In this document: positions 1 through 10,116 of the stretch, in pieces
Position numbering within the stretch: the stretch's first letter is position 1
Layout: every line of letters begins with the position of its first letter
Assembly (NCBI GenBank): GCA_020440645.1
Contig: JAGRNR010000009.1
Location: 5,092-69,091 of the forward strand
Reading direction: 5' to 3'
Length of the DNA: 64,000 nucleotides
DNA from: a bacterium
GTDB lineage: Bacteria; 4484-113; JAFGCY01
Notes under the pieces: model-generated
The model's database searches: none
Seen by the model: only the letters and a program-made list of their open reading frames with translations
Told to the model about the DNA's origin: nothing
Program-made: the position numbers and the translations under genes

Positions 1-1580
1 ACATAGACGAACTGGTGGTACATCGAGGCCGGGGCCACGCCGATGAACTGGCCCTTCAGGCCCTGCGGATGGTGCGGGGCTGAGTAGAGCTGGGTCATGC
101 CTAGCATGCTGCCGCCGGTGCTGCCGATGCTGCCATTGCACCATTCCTGCGTGTTGAGCCAGTCAAATGTGTCAACGCCGTCGCGCGGCTCAAGCATGTC
201 CTCCCCTTCCAGCGGGATGGACAGGTTGCCCTCGCTTTCATAGCGGCCACGCATGTCCTGTGTCACCAGTGCGTAGCCGGCATTGTTCATCTCCTCCGCC
301 AGCGGCAGGTAGACCGAGGGGTCCTTGCCATAGGGTGTGCGGACCAGCATCACCGGCCAGGGCCCGCTGCCGGACTGCGGCAGGTAGACATGCGTTGACA
401 GGCGGACTCCATCCGACATCCGCACCTTGTAGGCCGCAGGGCGCATCTGCTGCACCGGTTCCACATAGACCACGCGGCTCGCCACATTGGCAAGCCCATT
501 GCCGTCAGTCACGCGCACGCTGACCCGCCAGGCCCCACTGCCGCCGAAACTGTGGTCCACCGTCGGCGTTGCTCCGGTGGCAGTCTCAAAACTGCCGTTG
601 CCATCCAGGTCCCAGTCGTAGGCCGCGATCCCGGCCTCCGCACTGCTGCCGGATGCATCGAAGCGCCACTCACCGGGTGCCGCGAGGCTCAGTTCAGACG
701 GCAGCTCGCTCCCGTCCAGCATCACACCCGGCCCACCGGCGGAGACACTGGCAGGATTGCCAGCATCCCCCGCTGTCCCGCTCAGTTCGTCAAAGGGCCG
801 GACGCGGAAGCTGTACTGCCCGGCCTGTGGCACCTGCAGCTCGAAGTAATAGCGCACCGGCCGGTAGGGGTCCGCCACCTGGCTGCCCTCGGGGAAGGCG
901 GCGCTGCGCCAGACCGTGAACGGCATGCTGTCGTCAACCGGGTTTGGCAACTGGCTGAAGCCGGACTCGCCGGGCTGCTGCCATTCAATGACATATGCGC
1001 TGATGCGGGAATGCCAGTTCTCCGCAATCACCTGCACGTCAGCTTCGGAGATGGTCCCGTCCCGGTTGGCATCAACCCGCGCCATCCGCCAGTTGGCAGC
1101 TCCACTGTCCGCCGGCGGGATGTCACGGCCCTGGTCATCCCACCAGTAGCCCTGCGGCCAGCCCTGCTCGCCGTGGTATACCCGCGGGTCACGGTAGTCG
1201 ACGGACTTCGAGTGGTGCGCCTCGAGCGCGTCCAGGTCCGCCTTGTCAACGGTGCCGCTCAGGTCGGCGTCACCGGCCAGCACCTCCGTCCAGGACAGCA
1301 GCAGCGTATAGCCCGAACCGTCAGCGCGGGTCTGCTCCGCCACCATGTCAAACACACTCGCATGCGGGGCCGTCGGCGCGGCATGCTCCACGGACAAGGG
1401 CTCCAGCCCCAGCCTCGAGAACTCCGCATCCAGCCGCGACTCAAGCTCGCGGCGGACATCGGGGGGTGTCGGGTCAGGCGTGTTGCCAACGGGGGCAGCG
1501 CTGCCGCCACCGCAGGAGGCAGTTGCCAGGCACAGCAGTCCCGTGGCCAGCAGGCCAAGTCTGTATTTGTTTGCTTCCAT
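1..1580 (-). CDS. Secreted lipoprotein, partial (runs off the window start): PKD-like and dockerin/EF-hand-like region followed by an S15 X-Pro dipeptidyl-peptidase / CocE-NonD family hydrolase domain
   Basis: Not in the ORF track because it touches the window edge. Manual reverse-strand translation from ATG at 1578-1580 gives MEANKYRLGLLATGLLCLATASCGGG (signal peptide plus lipobox). Downstream are DANRDGTISEADVQ (dockerin/EF-hand-like), WDLDGNGSFE (PKD-like) and the CocE/NonD N-terminal signature YKVRMSDGVRLSTHVYLPQSGSGPWPVMLVRTPYGK. The long plus-strand ORFs at 167-1631 are Arg-rich antisense artefacts. Confidence 0.7.
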   Translation of the reverse strand, partial: MEANKYRLGLLATGLLCLATASCGGGSAAPVGNTPDPTPPDVRRELESRLDAEFSRLGLEPLSVEHAAPTAPHASVFDMVAEQTRADGSGYTLLLSWTEVLAGDADLSGTVDKADLDALEAHHSKSVDYRDPRVYHGEQGWPQGYWWDDQGRDIPPADSGAANWRMARVDANRDGTISEADVQVIAENWHSRISAYVIEWQQPGESGFSQLPNPVDDSMPFTVWRSAAFPEGSQVADPYRPVRYYFELQVPQAGQYSFRVRPFDELSGTAGDAGNPASVSAGGPGVMLDGSELPSELSLAAPGEWRFDASGSSAEAGIAAYDWDLDGNGSFETATGATPTVDHSFGGSGAWRVSVRVTDGNGLANVASRVVYVEPVQQMRPAAYKVRMSDGVRLSTHVYLPQSGSGPWPVMLVRTPYGKDPSVYLPLAEEMNNAGYALVTQDMRGRYESEGNLSIPLEGEDMLEPRDGVDTFDWLNTQEWCNGSIGSTGGSMLGMTQLYSAPHHPQGLKGQFIGVAPASMYHQFVY

Positions 1581-1627
1581 TCCGCTCGTCCAGCCTTCCG
1601 ATCTATTCCGCCTGCCGGCGGGCCATC

Positions 1628-3922
1628 CTAGTCATCCATGCCCAGCAGCTTCACGGTCTCCCGCGGGCCGGGCACATTGAGCCCTGTTTCCAGCAGCACG
1701 GCGATGCAGTCAACACTGCCCCCGCGCAACGCCCGGGCCAGCAGCTCCTGCTGCCGCTCCGGCGAAAGCTCCGTTCCTTCCTGCCCGGCCAGTGCGGCCA
1801 GCAGGTCACTGCGGTCAAGGTCGATGCAGCAGGCCATCGCGCCCAGCAGCGCATCCGGCGTTGACAATTCAGCCACCTGCGCGACCAGCTCGCGCTCAAC
1901 CCCGGGCCAGCACACGATCGTGCCCAGCAGGTCCGGCAGCATGTCGTCCCGGCCGGTCCAGGCGTCCGACAGCCCCGGATGCTCCGGGTTGTAGATCGCC
2001 AGCAGCACCTTCAGCACCGCCTGGTTCTGGCGGGAGCGCTCGGCATCCGGCATGAGCTCCGTGCCGGCAGCCCGTCCCTGGGTGGCGAAGTAGTCCAGCC
2101 CGCGGCCGGGGTCGGCCCCGAGCTGCAGCAGGTAGCGTACGTTGTCAATCCGGCCGGCACTGCAGGCGCTCACAAGCGCCGTCATCCCGGCGGAGCTGCG
2201 GCGCTCGACCGGCGTGCCGTAATCCAGCAGGGCCTGCAGGAAGCGGCGGTCCTCCAGCTTGGCGGCTTCCATCAGCGCCTGGTCCTGGGCCTCCTCCAGC
2301 CAGTGCTGGTCATGGGGCAGCACGCTGAACAGGAATTCCAGCAGGTCGAGGTTCTGGCGCTTGACGGCCACCGTCAGCGAACTGTCAACGGTCAGGTTCT
2401 CACTGATCAGCAGTTCCTGGTCAAAGAATGCCTTGCCTAGCTCGCTGTCCATTCCAAGCATTACAAGTGCCTGCATCAGCGGGGCCCGCCCGCTGGCAAT
2501 CACCGCCTTGAGCGCAGCCTTGTTGCCAGCCTGCCCGGCCAGCAGCATGCCCTTCTCCAGTTCGCGGTTGGCCTGCTCTTCAGTCAGTCCGAGCTTCGCC
2601 ACCGCATCATTGAATTCGGCGACTCGGCCGAGGGCCACGAGTGCCACCGGCTGCGGGGACTGCGCCTTCGCCAGCCAGGCCGTTGCCAGTTCATCACGGC
2701 CGTTGAGGATCGCGATGTGCAGCGCACTGCGGGACAGGAAGTTCTCATGCAGCGGGTCAATCCCGAGCTGGCTGAGCTCCTGCAGTTCCTTGTCACTGAG
2801 CAGGCCGTTGAGCAGCAGCAGGTTCAGTGCATTGTTGCCATCGCCGTCAGTGGCATTCAGGTCGAGACCCATGCGCCTCAGCATCTGGAAGTAGCGCAGG
2901 TCGTCAATTGCGGTGCAGACCGCGTATTCCTCGCCGGTCAGCTGGTCCAGTTCCTTCAGGCGCTCATCCAGCAGGCCCTTCAGCGCGCCTTCGCGTTGCA
3001 GCTTCTCCAGCAATTCAGTTGTGGTCATCGCAAGTGCACGGCGCGACAGTTCCAGCCGGGCGGCCCCGAGCAGCGGGGCTCGCATCTCCAGGCTGCGGCG
3101 CTGGCCACGGTAGGCCCGGCAGATGGAGACCAGTGGCTGGCGCGATCCGGCCGCGGCATAACGTGCCACATCGAAGCCATTGCTGCTGAGCAGCTTGAGC
3201 TTCGCCGCGTCCGACAGGCAGGCCCCGAGCAGTTCATCTCCGGCGGAGCTGTAGTCCCAGTGTGTGCCCGCTTCCAGCAGGCGACTGAGCTGCTCCGTAC
3301 TGGCGACCGGCACGATCCGGCTTATGAATGCAGTCCATTCCGCCGGGTCCGTGCTGGGCTTGCCCACTTCGAGCAGGCGGCCGAGCAGCTCAGGGTCAAT
3401 TCCTCCCGGCCGCTGCAGCATTTCGCCGGCCACGCCACTGCCGAGTAGCGCTCCACGCCCGGCCAGCAGTGCAGCCATGCCGTCGTTCCCGCTGTGCAGA
3501 GCACTGACCAGCAAGCGGTCCAGCCGCAGCTGTTCGAGGGTGCGGGGATAGGAATCAAGCAGCGTCTCCACCGCGTCCGCATTGTCCAGGACGACGGCGA
3601 GGCTAAGCAGGTCGGCCCCGAGCAGTTCAGTATCCGCAGTTACCGTTCCATTCAGGCAGTCCTCACGGAATGCCGGCGACCAGGCAAGGAAACCATCGAG
3701 CATGCTGCGCTCAGATGCGTCCAGATCCAGGCTTCCGGCACTGCCTATTTGCGCCTGCAGTACGTATGAGAGTCCATTGCCCCTGTCCGCGAGGTCGAGC
3801 TGGCCGATATGGGCCACTTCGGACTGGGACTCGCTGTACTGCGCTGCCAGGGAATTGCCGGCAGCAATAATTACCATGACGCAGGAAAGCAGTAACATGC
3901 GCAAAATCGCATGTCTTTGCAT
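1628..3922 (-). CDS. Large secreted ankyrin-repeat protein (about 764 aa)
   Basis: ORF 1628..4021; the likely start is the internal Met giving MQRHAILRMLLLSCVMVIIAAGNSLAAQ (signal peptide). Many ankyrin-like repeats, for example ALHIAILNGRDELATAWL and GMTALVSACSAGRIDNVRYLLQLGADP. Confidence 0.65.
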   Translation of the reverse strand: MQRHAILRMLLLSCVMVIIAAGNSLAAQYSESQSEVAHIGQLDLADRGNGLSYVLQAQIGSAGSLDLDASERSMLDGFLAWSPAFREDCLNGTVTADTELLGADLLSLAVVLDNADAVETLLDSYPRTLEQLRLDRLLVSALHSGNDGMAALLAGRGALLGSGVAGEMLQRPGGIDPELLGRLLEVGKPSTDPAEWTAFISRIVPVASTEQLSRLLEAGTHWDYSSAGDELLGACLSDAAKLKLLSSNGFDVARYAAAGSRQPLVSICRAYRGQRRSLEMRAPLLGAARLELSRRALAMTTTELLEKLQREGALKGLLDERLKELDQLTGEEYAVCTAIDDLRYFQMLRRMGLDLNATDGDGNNALNLLLLNGLLSDKELQELSQLGIDPLHENFLSRSALHIAILNGRDELATAWLAKAQSPQPVALVALGRVAEFNDAVAKLGLTEEQANRELEKGMLLAGQAGNKAALKAVIASGRAPLMQALVMLGMDSELGKAFFDQELLISENLTVDSSLTVAVKRQNLDLLEFLFSVLPHDQHWLEEAQDQALMEAAKLEDRRFLQALLDYGTPVERRSSAGMTALVSACSAGRIDNVRYLLQLGADPGRGLDYFATQGRAAGTELMPDAERSRQNQAVLKVLLAIYNPEHPGLSDAWTGRDDMLPDLLGTIVCWPGVERELVAQVAELSTPDALLGAMACCIDLDRSDLLAALAGQEGTELSPERQQELLARALRGGSVDCIAVLLETGLNVPGPRETVKLLGMDD

Positions 3923-4170
3923 CACATCAGCATTATTACCGGAAATTCTAGGGATGAAACCTAATGCGCATTTACACCCGCCATGGATGTTGATTTTCCC
4001 AACATTTAACTTCTGCCCCATCGCAAACCCGGAATTAACCGGTCTGATGAGAATGTAATGTGTCGAGCGCTGGTATGGTCTATTGGACCGTGTAACTCCC
4101 TTCCGGAGCTTTATCGCTAACAGGCATGCAATATGCCGTGGTGCTGATGCAACCTGCTCGTCAGGCTTGA

Positions 4171-4911
4171 ATGAAAATGCTTAGCTATTCCAGGGCCCAA
4201 TGGTACGTGGATCTGATGGATCCAATGGCGGAAGCCCTCAACCAGCTTGATGTGGATCGATTCAATGAATTGCGCGCCCGTGCACTTGCAATCATCTCCA
4301 CTGAGGAAATGGACCGTGACATGGCCGATGCCATCGACATTGTCGTTTCCTACCTGGGTTTCCTGCGCCATGTGGCGTTCCGTGAGAATGGTGAGGCTGA
4401 ACGGGATTACCCGCAGGCTCGTGAAAGGCTGCTGCGCCGGACCCACGGCCCGGAAAGCGACCTGACCCGCCGGCGCTATTACCTGCAGTTGCGCATCATC
4501 GCGGACAACATGAAGCTCGAGCCGCTGCAGATCAATGAGTTCCGCAGCCTGTTCTCAGACCTGGACTTCCATGAGATGCATACCGAGCAATGGTATTTCG
4601 CATCGAATTTCGCCTTCCGGCACAAGGACCTCGAAACCATCTCGCGGGCCTACGAACAGTTCCTGCTGTATCGCGACGAGCACGACAATGAGCTGTTCCA
4701 GTGGGTGCGCCTGAGCGTGATGTACCGCCTGCTCAGGCAGGAGGTCCAGCCGCGGCACATTGAAAAGCTGCTGCTGAGCATCCGCACCTCGGCGAATGCG
4801 CGCGAGGTGCGCTCGCTGCTGCTGCCTGAGATCGAGCGCCAGCAGTTGATGACCCCCGAGCTAGAAGCGCTGCTGGAGCGGACCCAGGACCAGCTGGACA
4901 TGTCCCGCTGA
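4171..4911 (+). CDS. Hypothetical cytoplasmic protein (246 aa)
   Basis: Protein-like composition (mixed acidic, basic and hydrophobic residues, unlike the surrounding Arg/Pro-rich artefact ORFs). Divergent from the ankyrin gene. No recognisable motif. Confidence 0.5.
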   Translation: MKMLSYSRAQWYVDLMDPMAEALNQLDVDRFNELRARALAIISTEEMDRDMADAIDIVVSYLGFLRHVAFRENGEAERDYPQARERLLRRTHGPESDLTRRRYYLQLRIIADNMKLEPLQINEFRSLFSDLDFHEMHTEQWYFASNFAFRHKDLETISRAYEQFLLYRDEHDNELFQWVRLSVMYRLLRQEVQPRHIEKLLLSIRTSANAREVRSLLLPEIERQQLMTPELEALLERTQDQLDMSR

Positions 4912-5020
4912 TTTCCCACAGCCCAGCGTGCTTTGAAACAATCATGCCTGACTGGGATATGATTAATGAGAGGCAGGGACGGACCGCAGATCCCCTGCCG
5001 GCGGGCCGGTCTGGGTAGGC

Positions 5021-6244
5021 ATGATCATCTTCGAAGTCATTCGCATGGCACTGCGCGGTGTGCGCGCCAATCTGCTGCGTTCAATGCTCACCACACTCGG
5101 CATCGCCGTCGGCGTGGGCTGCGTCGTGACGCTGATCGCCTACAGCGCTGGCAACACCAAGCAGCTGCTTGACCAGTTCAGCGGCTTCGGCACCAAGTCG
5201 ATGACCGTCTCGCTGGACAACTTCAACGGCAGCACCGCCATGCGGCTTGACCTCGAAGATGCCGCGGCCCTGCGCCGGGAGATCCCGGTGCTCGAAGTGG
5301 CGGCTGCGGTGATGTTCTTCAGCAATGTCGACCTCGACCTCAACGGCGCGGTCAAGACCGGCGTCACCCTCACCGCCGTCGAACCGCAGTATTTCAAGGC
5401 CCGCACCTTCGAGCTCTCCAGCGGGCACTACTTCAACCAGAATGACAACCTCTCACTGGCTCCGCTGGCGGTGATCGGTGCCAACGTGAAGGACGAGCTG
5501 TTCATGAACCTCGACCCGGTCGGACAGCAGCTGCTGATCCAGGGCAAGCCCTTCACCGTGATCGGCGTGATGGCACGGCGTGACGAGGGCCGCCACGGCG
5601 GCAGCAATGACGAGGTGCTGATCCCGCCCCATACCGCAATCGTCGAGTTCCCGACGATGGACCCGATGGTCAACATTGACATCGAGGTCAAGGACGAGAA
5701 GTACCTTGAGTTCGCGAAGACCCGCGTGACCGAAGTGCTCGAGGGCCGCCACCCGGAAATCGTGCTCGCCAAGAACGAGCGCTGGAGCCCGCTCAACGTC
5801 TGGATGTTCAACGACTGGCTGAAGCGCCGCACAGCCGCTGCCAACTCGATGTCGCGCTTCCTGCTGGTGATCGGCCTGCTGTGCCTGACCATCGGCGCCG
5901 TCGGTGTGATGAACATCATGCTCGTGGCGGTCGAGGAGCGCACGCTGGAGATCGGCCTGCGCAAGGCGCTCGGTGCCACCCGGGCGGGGATCATCGGCCA
6001 GTTCCTGAGTGAGGCGCTGATCGTCTGCCTCAGCGGCGGGGCGATCGGGCTCGGCGTTGCCATCGTGGCCTGCGCCAAGATGGCGGCGATGCCCGAGGAT
6101 GCCAACGTACCCGATCCGCTGCTCACGCAGAACCTGATGATCGGCTCGATCCTCGTTTCACTGGTGATCGCACTGGCGGCCGGCACCTGGCCCGCCGTGC
6201 TCGCATCCTCCACGGACCCGATCGAGTCCCTGTCCTACGAGTAA
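5021..6244 (+). CDS. ABC transporter permease, MacB/FtsX (DUF214) type
   Basis: N-terminal MALRGVRANLLRSMLTTLGIAVGVGCVV matches the MacB/LolC permease N-terminus. It has a single N-terminal TM, a large periplasmic domain and three C-terminal TMs carrying the FtsX-like motif (IGLRKALGATR). Confidence 0.85.
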   Translation: MIIFEVIRMALRGVRANLLRSMLTTLGIAVGVGCVVTLIAYSAGNTKQLLDQFSGFGTKSMTVSLDNFNGSTAMRLDLEDAAALRREIPVLEVAAAVMFFSNVDLDLNGAVKTGVTLTAVEPQYFKARTFELSSGHYFNQNDNLSLAPLAVIGANVKDELFMNLDPVGQQLLIQGKPFTVIGVMARRDEGRHGGSNDEVLIPPHTAIVEFPTMDPMVNIDIEVKDEKYLEFAKTRVTEVLEGRHPEIVLAKNERWSPLNVWMFNDWLKRRTAAANSMSRFLLVIGLLCLTIGAVGVMNIMLVAVEERTLEIGLRKALGATRAGIIGQFLSEALIVCLSGGAIGLGVAIVACAKMAAMPEDANVPDPLLTQNLMIGSILVSLVIALAAGTWPAVLASSTDPIESLSYE

Positions 6245-6247
6245 GCC

Positions 6248-7495
6248 ATGTCCACCATCGAGATCATGCTGGCCTGCGTCAAGTCCATCTCCGCGAGGTG
6301 GAACCGCAGCCTGCTGACCGTGCTCGGCGTGGTGGTCGGGGTCGGCACCGTGGTGCTGCTGCTGGCATACGGTGCCGGGCAGAAGGCCGAGCTGCTGGCA
6401 CGCTATGAGGACTGGGGCGCCAATGAGATCCGCGTCAACATCCGCGGGCGCTGGGGCCGTGGCAACTGGATGTCCGAGCGCGAACGCCTGACACCCGGCG
6501 ACCTGGACGCCATCCTGAAGGACTGCGGTGCGGTCTCGCGCGCCGAGCCCTCCGTTGACACCGAAACCACCGTCCGCCTTGGCTCATATGAGCTGGAGGA
6601 GGTCGAGGTGCTCGGTGTCGGCCCTGACTACTTCGACATCCTTGGCGAGGAACTGGTCACCGGCGAAGCCTTCGGCGCCGAGGAGAACGTGCTGCGCGAG
6701 AGGGTCTGCATCATCAACACCACGATGCAGAAGGAGCTGTTCTTCGGCGCCCCGGCGCTCGGGCAGTTCATTGACATTGCCGGCCGGCGCTTCCGCATCG
6801 TCGGCACGATTGACTACGAGGAGGGCCGCCGCGCTGAGCCGACGGCCTTCATGCCCTACCTGACCTTCACGGACCGCACCTTCATCAACCAGCGCGGGCT
6901 CGGTGAGATCGTTGCCAGCGCCGTCAGCAGCAAGCATGTGAAGCTGGCGGCCCAGCAGATCGAGGAGCTGATGTACCTGCGCCACCCGCGCATCGAGAAG
7001 CCGGATGAAAGCGAGATCCGTGGCTGGTGGGACAAGCCGATCCGCGTGATGTACTCCGAGGAGCTGCGCAGCCAGCGAGAGGCCACCGCCGACAGTTTCG
7101 GCCAGTTCCTCGCGGTGATCGGCTTCCTCTCGCTGCTGATCGGCGGCGTCGGTGTGATGAACATCATGCTCGTGACGGTGCACCAGCGCACCGCGGAGAT
7201 CGGCCTGCGCAAGGCGCTCGGGGCCAAGCGCGAGGACATCCTGCGCCAGTTCCTCGCTGAAGCGGTGCTGATCAGCTTCAGCGGCGGGCTGATCGGGCTC
7301 GGGGCCGCCTGGATGGGCGCGAAGATCCTTGCCAACATGCCGGAGGATGCCCAGGTGCCGGACCCGGTGATCTCACCGCTGATCATCTTCATCGCCTTTG
7401 CGGTGACAGTCGGCACCGGCGTGTTCTTCGGCTACTACCCGGCCTGGCAGGCCTCACGCCTCGACCCGATCGAGGCCCTGCGCAGCAGCCGCTGA
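6248..7495 (+). CDS. ABC transporter permease, MacB/FtsX type (second tandem copy)
   Basis: Same architecture as the upstream permease (RWNRSLLTVLGVVVGVGTVV ... IGLRKALGAKR). It starts 4 nt after the upstream stop. No ATPase gene is adjacent. Confidence 0.85.
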   Translation: MSTIEIMLACVKSISARWNRSLLTVLGVVVGVGTVVLLLAYGAGQKAELLARYEDWGANEIRVNIRGRWGRGNWMSERERLTPGDLDAILKDCGAVSRAEPSVDTETTVRLGSYELEEVEVLGVGPDYFDILGEELVTGEAFGAEENVLRERVCIINTTMQKELFFGAPALGQFIDIAGRRFRIVGTIDYEEGRRAEPTAFMPYLTFTDRTFINQRGLGEIVASAVSSKHVKLAAQQIEELMYLRHPRIEKPDESEIRGWWDKPIRVMYSEELRSQREATADSFGQFLAVIGFLSLLIGGVGVMNIMLVTVHQRTAEIGLRKALGAKREDILRQFLAEAVLISFSGGLIGLGAAWMGAKILANMPEDAQVPDPVISPLIIFIAFAVTVGTGVFFGYYPAWQASRLDPIEALRSSR

Positions 7496-7511
7496 ATACC
7501 ACCCTGCTTGC

Positions 7512-8879
7512 CTAGCCGTCCCCGCTGTCCATTCCCGCCTCATTCTCTCCGCGGCTGGCCTGCTCCGGCGCACTGGGCCGCCTGAGCGGCTGGGGCAGGT
7601 CGGAGGATCCACCACGGCGTAGCTCCTGCGGGATGTCGGACGGTCCGTCCATCTTGTGCAGGTACAGCGACTGGCTCGGGAAGGCGAAGTCAACGCCGAT
7701 CTCGGCAAACAGGTCCATGATGCGCAGCATCAGGTCCTCGCGGATGATCAGGTAGTCCGCCCAGACAGCCGTATTGGCAAAGCAGTACACGAGGATATCC
7801 AGCGAGCTGGCACCGAAGTCGGTGAAGTGCACCAGATGGAAGCGCTGGTCGATGCCGCTGTGCTTTTCGATGATGTCGCGAATGCCATCCACGGCCTTGC
7901 GCAGCCTGGTGGCATCCGCGTCATAGGTGATGCCGATCGTCAGGTTGATGCGGCGCATGTCGCGCACGCTGAAGTTCTGGATGTTCTCGTTGGTGACGAT
8001 CTTGTTCGGCACGCTGACAACGGTCTTGTCAAAGCAGCGGATGCGCGTGGAGCGGATGCCGATCTCCTCCACGTCGCCCTCCACGCCGGCCATCTTGATC
8101 CAGTCCCCGCGCTTGAACGGGCGGTCCATGAAGATCATGAAGCTGCCGAAGATGTTGGCAACGGTGTCCTGCGCGGCGAAGGCCAGCGCCAGGCCGCCGA
8201 TGCCGACACCGGCCAGCACTGCGGTGATGTCCCCGCCCCAGCTCTGCACGCAGGTCAGGATCACCAGCAGGATGATCAGCACCTTGGCGGTGTCGCGGAT
8301 CATCGGGATGAACTGCCCGTCCAGTACGCTCGTGCTGTCCGGCCGCTCCTTCTGGCTCAGCCAGCTCAGCGCGACCTCGACGACGCGGAACAGGATCATG
8401 CCGACGTTGACGATCAGCCAGGTTGTCAGCAGCGACCACACGATCGCATTCGCGCGGCCGGGCAGGTCGATGAAGGCGAAGGCCAGGAACAGGCCCCAGA
8501 TCATCACGAAGGTGCCGATCTGCTTGCGCAGTGCGGCCAGGACCCGGTCGTCATACTTCGTCTCGGTACGTTCAACGATCGGCTTCAGGTAGCGGTCCAT
8601 CACCTTCTTCGCGATCTGGCTGATGAACAGTGCCAGCAGCAGGAAGAATGCCGCGGCCAGCAGCCCGAAGGCGTTGAGGCCGAAGACGGTGGTGTTGTTG
8701 AGCTGCCTGTAGGTGCTGGTCACGTTGGCGCCCAGCACGCGTTCTATCAGTTCGTTGGTCTTCTGGCGGGTTTCCTGGCGAGCGCTGTCCGAATCCGGCA
8801 CCAGCAGCGGTATCTGTGCCTGGCCCTCCTGCGAGTCCGCCTGTGCGTTGTCAGTGCTCTGCTGGAGAAGTAGGAGCAT
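7512..8879 (-). CDS. mscS: Mechanosensitive ion channel, MscS family (about 455 aa)
   Basis: ORF 7512..9119. The start is more likely the internal ATG giving MLLLLQQS (TATAAT-like sequence 7 nt upstream), which avoids overlap with divergent deoC. Contains the MscS core (GDWIKMAGVEGDVEEIGIRSTRIRCFDKTVVSVPN) preceded by TM helices. Confidence 0.8.
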   Translation of the reverse strand: MLLLLQQSTDNAQADSQEGQAQIPLLVPDSDSARQETRQKTNELIERVLGANVTSTYRQLNNTTVFGLNAFGLLAAAFFLLLALFISQIAKKVMDRYLKPIVERTETKYDDRVLAALRKQIGTFVMIWGLFLAFAFIDLPGRANAIVWSLLTTWLIVNVGMILFRVVEVALSWLSQKERPDSTSVLDGQFIPMIRDTAKVLIILLVILTCVQSWGGDITAVLAGVGIGGLALAFAAQDTVANIFGSFMIFMDRPFKRGDWIKMAGVEGDVEEIGIRSTRIRCFDKTVVSVPNKIVTNENIQNFSVRDMRRINLTIGITYDADATRLRKAVDGIRDIIEKHSGIDQRFHLVHFTDFGASSLDILVYCFANTAVWADYLIIREDLMLRIMDLFAEIGVDFAFPSQSLYLHKMDGPSDIPQELRRGGSSDLPQPLRRPSAPEQASRGENEAGMDSGDG

Positions 8880-8940
8880 GCGGCCATTATACAGTCGGTA
8901 TTTCTGGCAGCGCTGCTGCGGCAGGCCATACAATGTCAAC

Positions 8941-9612
8941 ATGTTCATGCGACCGCCCGCTGATGCTGCATTGCACACGAGGCTTGACCAGGCATTCCTC
9001 AAGGCCGACCCGGCTGCCACGGTGGAGGCCCTGCGTGCCCAGGTGGAATTGGCAACACGCCTGCAGCTGCGCAGCCTGTGCGTGCCGCCGCTGCTGGCCG
9101 GCACGGTGAAGAAGCACAACCCGCAGCTCAGGGTATCGACCGTGGTGGCCTATCCGCTCGGGCTGGAAAGCGCCAGCTGCAAGTACTTCTCGATCGAGGA
9201 ACTGATGGAGCAGGGCATTGACGAGTTCGACGTCGTGCTGGACCTGTTCGCGCTCGTGAATGGCAACATGGCGAAGCTGGCGGCCGAGGCCGGCAAGCTC
9301 GGCACGCTCTGCCGCCGCCAGCAGCGGATGCTGAAGGTGATCATCGAAACCCCGATCCTCAATGAGGCTCGCATCACTGAAGTGGTACACGTGCTGCGCG
9401 ATGCCCCGGTGGACTGCGTCAAGACCAGCACCGGCTACGGCCGCGATGCCACGAAAGTCGAACATGTGGAGCTGATCCGCCGGGAACTGGGCGACGACAG
9501 GCTCGTGAAATGCAGCGGCGGAGTGCGCAGCAGGGAGGATGCCCTGCGGATGGTGGATGCCGGTGCGGACATCATCGGCACCAGCAGCGCCGAGGCGATC
9601 CTCGCTTCCTAG
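8941..9612 (+). CDS. deoC: Deoxyribose-phosphate aldolase
   Basis: ORF 8713..9612 contains the DeoC fold from MFMRPPAD onward (223 aa, the typical DeoC size). Motifs: VVAYPLG, KVIIETPIL, DCVKTSTGYG and GGVRSREDALRMVDAGADIIGTSS. Confidence 0.85.
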   Translation: MFMRPPADAALHTRLDQAFLKADPAATVEALRAQVELATRLQLRSLCVPPLLAGTVKKHNPQLRVSTVVAYPLGLESASCKYFSIEELMEQGIDEFDVVLDLFALVNGNMAKLAAEAGKLGTLCRRQQRMLKVIIETPILNEARITEVVHVLRDAPVDCVKTSTGYGRDATKVEHVELIRRELGDDRLVKCSGGVRSREDALRMVDAGADIIGTSSAEAILAS

Positions 9613-10070
9613 ACCCCGATCTCCTCGCGGTCCATGCCGACCTGCTCCATCAGCGGGAATGCCATCCAGTACAGCAGGCAGGTGAATACGGCAGCGACGC
9701 TGCTCATCACCCCGGCCGGCCAGCGGTGGAAGTCATTGCTGAAGGTGAAGTACAGCCACATCCCGCCCAGGATCAGGCAGACAACGCCGGCGATTGCGAG
9801 GAAGCGGCTCGTGCCGCTGCTTTCCAGCGTGAACTGCCAGCGTTCATGGTCGCTCGTATCCATGTCCCAGTAGACCACGCCCAGCAGCAGCTGGTAGATT
9901 CCGCCGAGCACCAGCGCCCAGCTGCACATGTAGCTGAAGCCGATGATGCCGTGGTTGAAGCCCTTGAAGATCACCACCGTGTCGGCGGCGTCAATCCAGG
10001 GCAGGCGCGGCCCATTGACCAGCACGAATGCCGTGCAGACTATCGCAGCTATCAGGTAGAGGCTTCGCAT
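9609..10070 (-). CDS. Hypothetical integral membrane protein (153 aa, about 4 TM)
   Basis: Clean hydrophobic-helix pattern. 4-nt tail-to-tail overlap with deoC. Confidence 0.55.
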   Translation of the reverse strand: MRSLYLIAAIVCTAFVLVNGPRLPWIDAADTVVIFKGFNHGIIGFSYMCSWALVLGGIYQLLLGVVYWDMDTSDHERWQFTLESSGTSRFLAIAGVVCLILGGMWLYFTFSNDFHRWPAGVMSSVAAVFTCLLYWMAFPLMEQVGMDREEIGV

Positions 10071-10116
10071 CCCGTTTGATTCTATCCCGGAATCCGCTTG
10101 AATTCCGTGACACTAT

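Noticed and set aside
167-1631. Long plus-strand ORFs (118 and 359 aa) at the window start
   Set aside because: Arg/Pro/Gly-rich low-complexity translations typical of antisense frames in high-GC DNA. The opposite strand encodes a coherent lipoprotein with a CocE/NonD domain.
7656-8873. 405-aa plus-strand ORF
   Set aside because: Antisense to the well-supported MscS gene. Composition dominated by Ala, Asp, Arg and His runs with no motifs.
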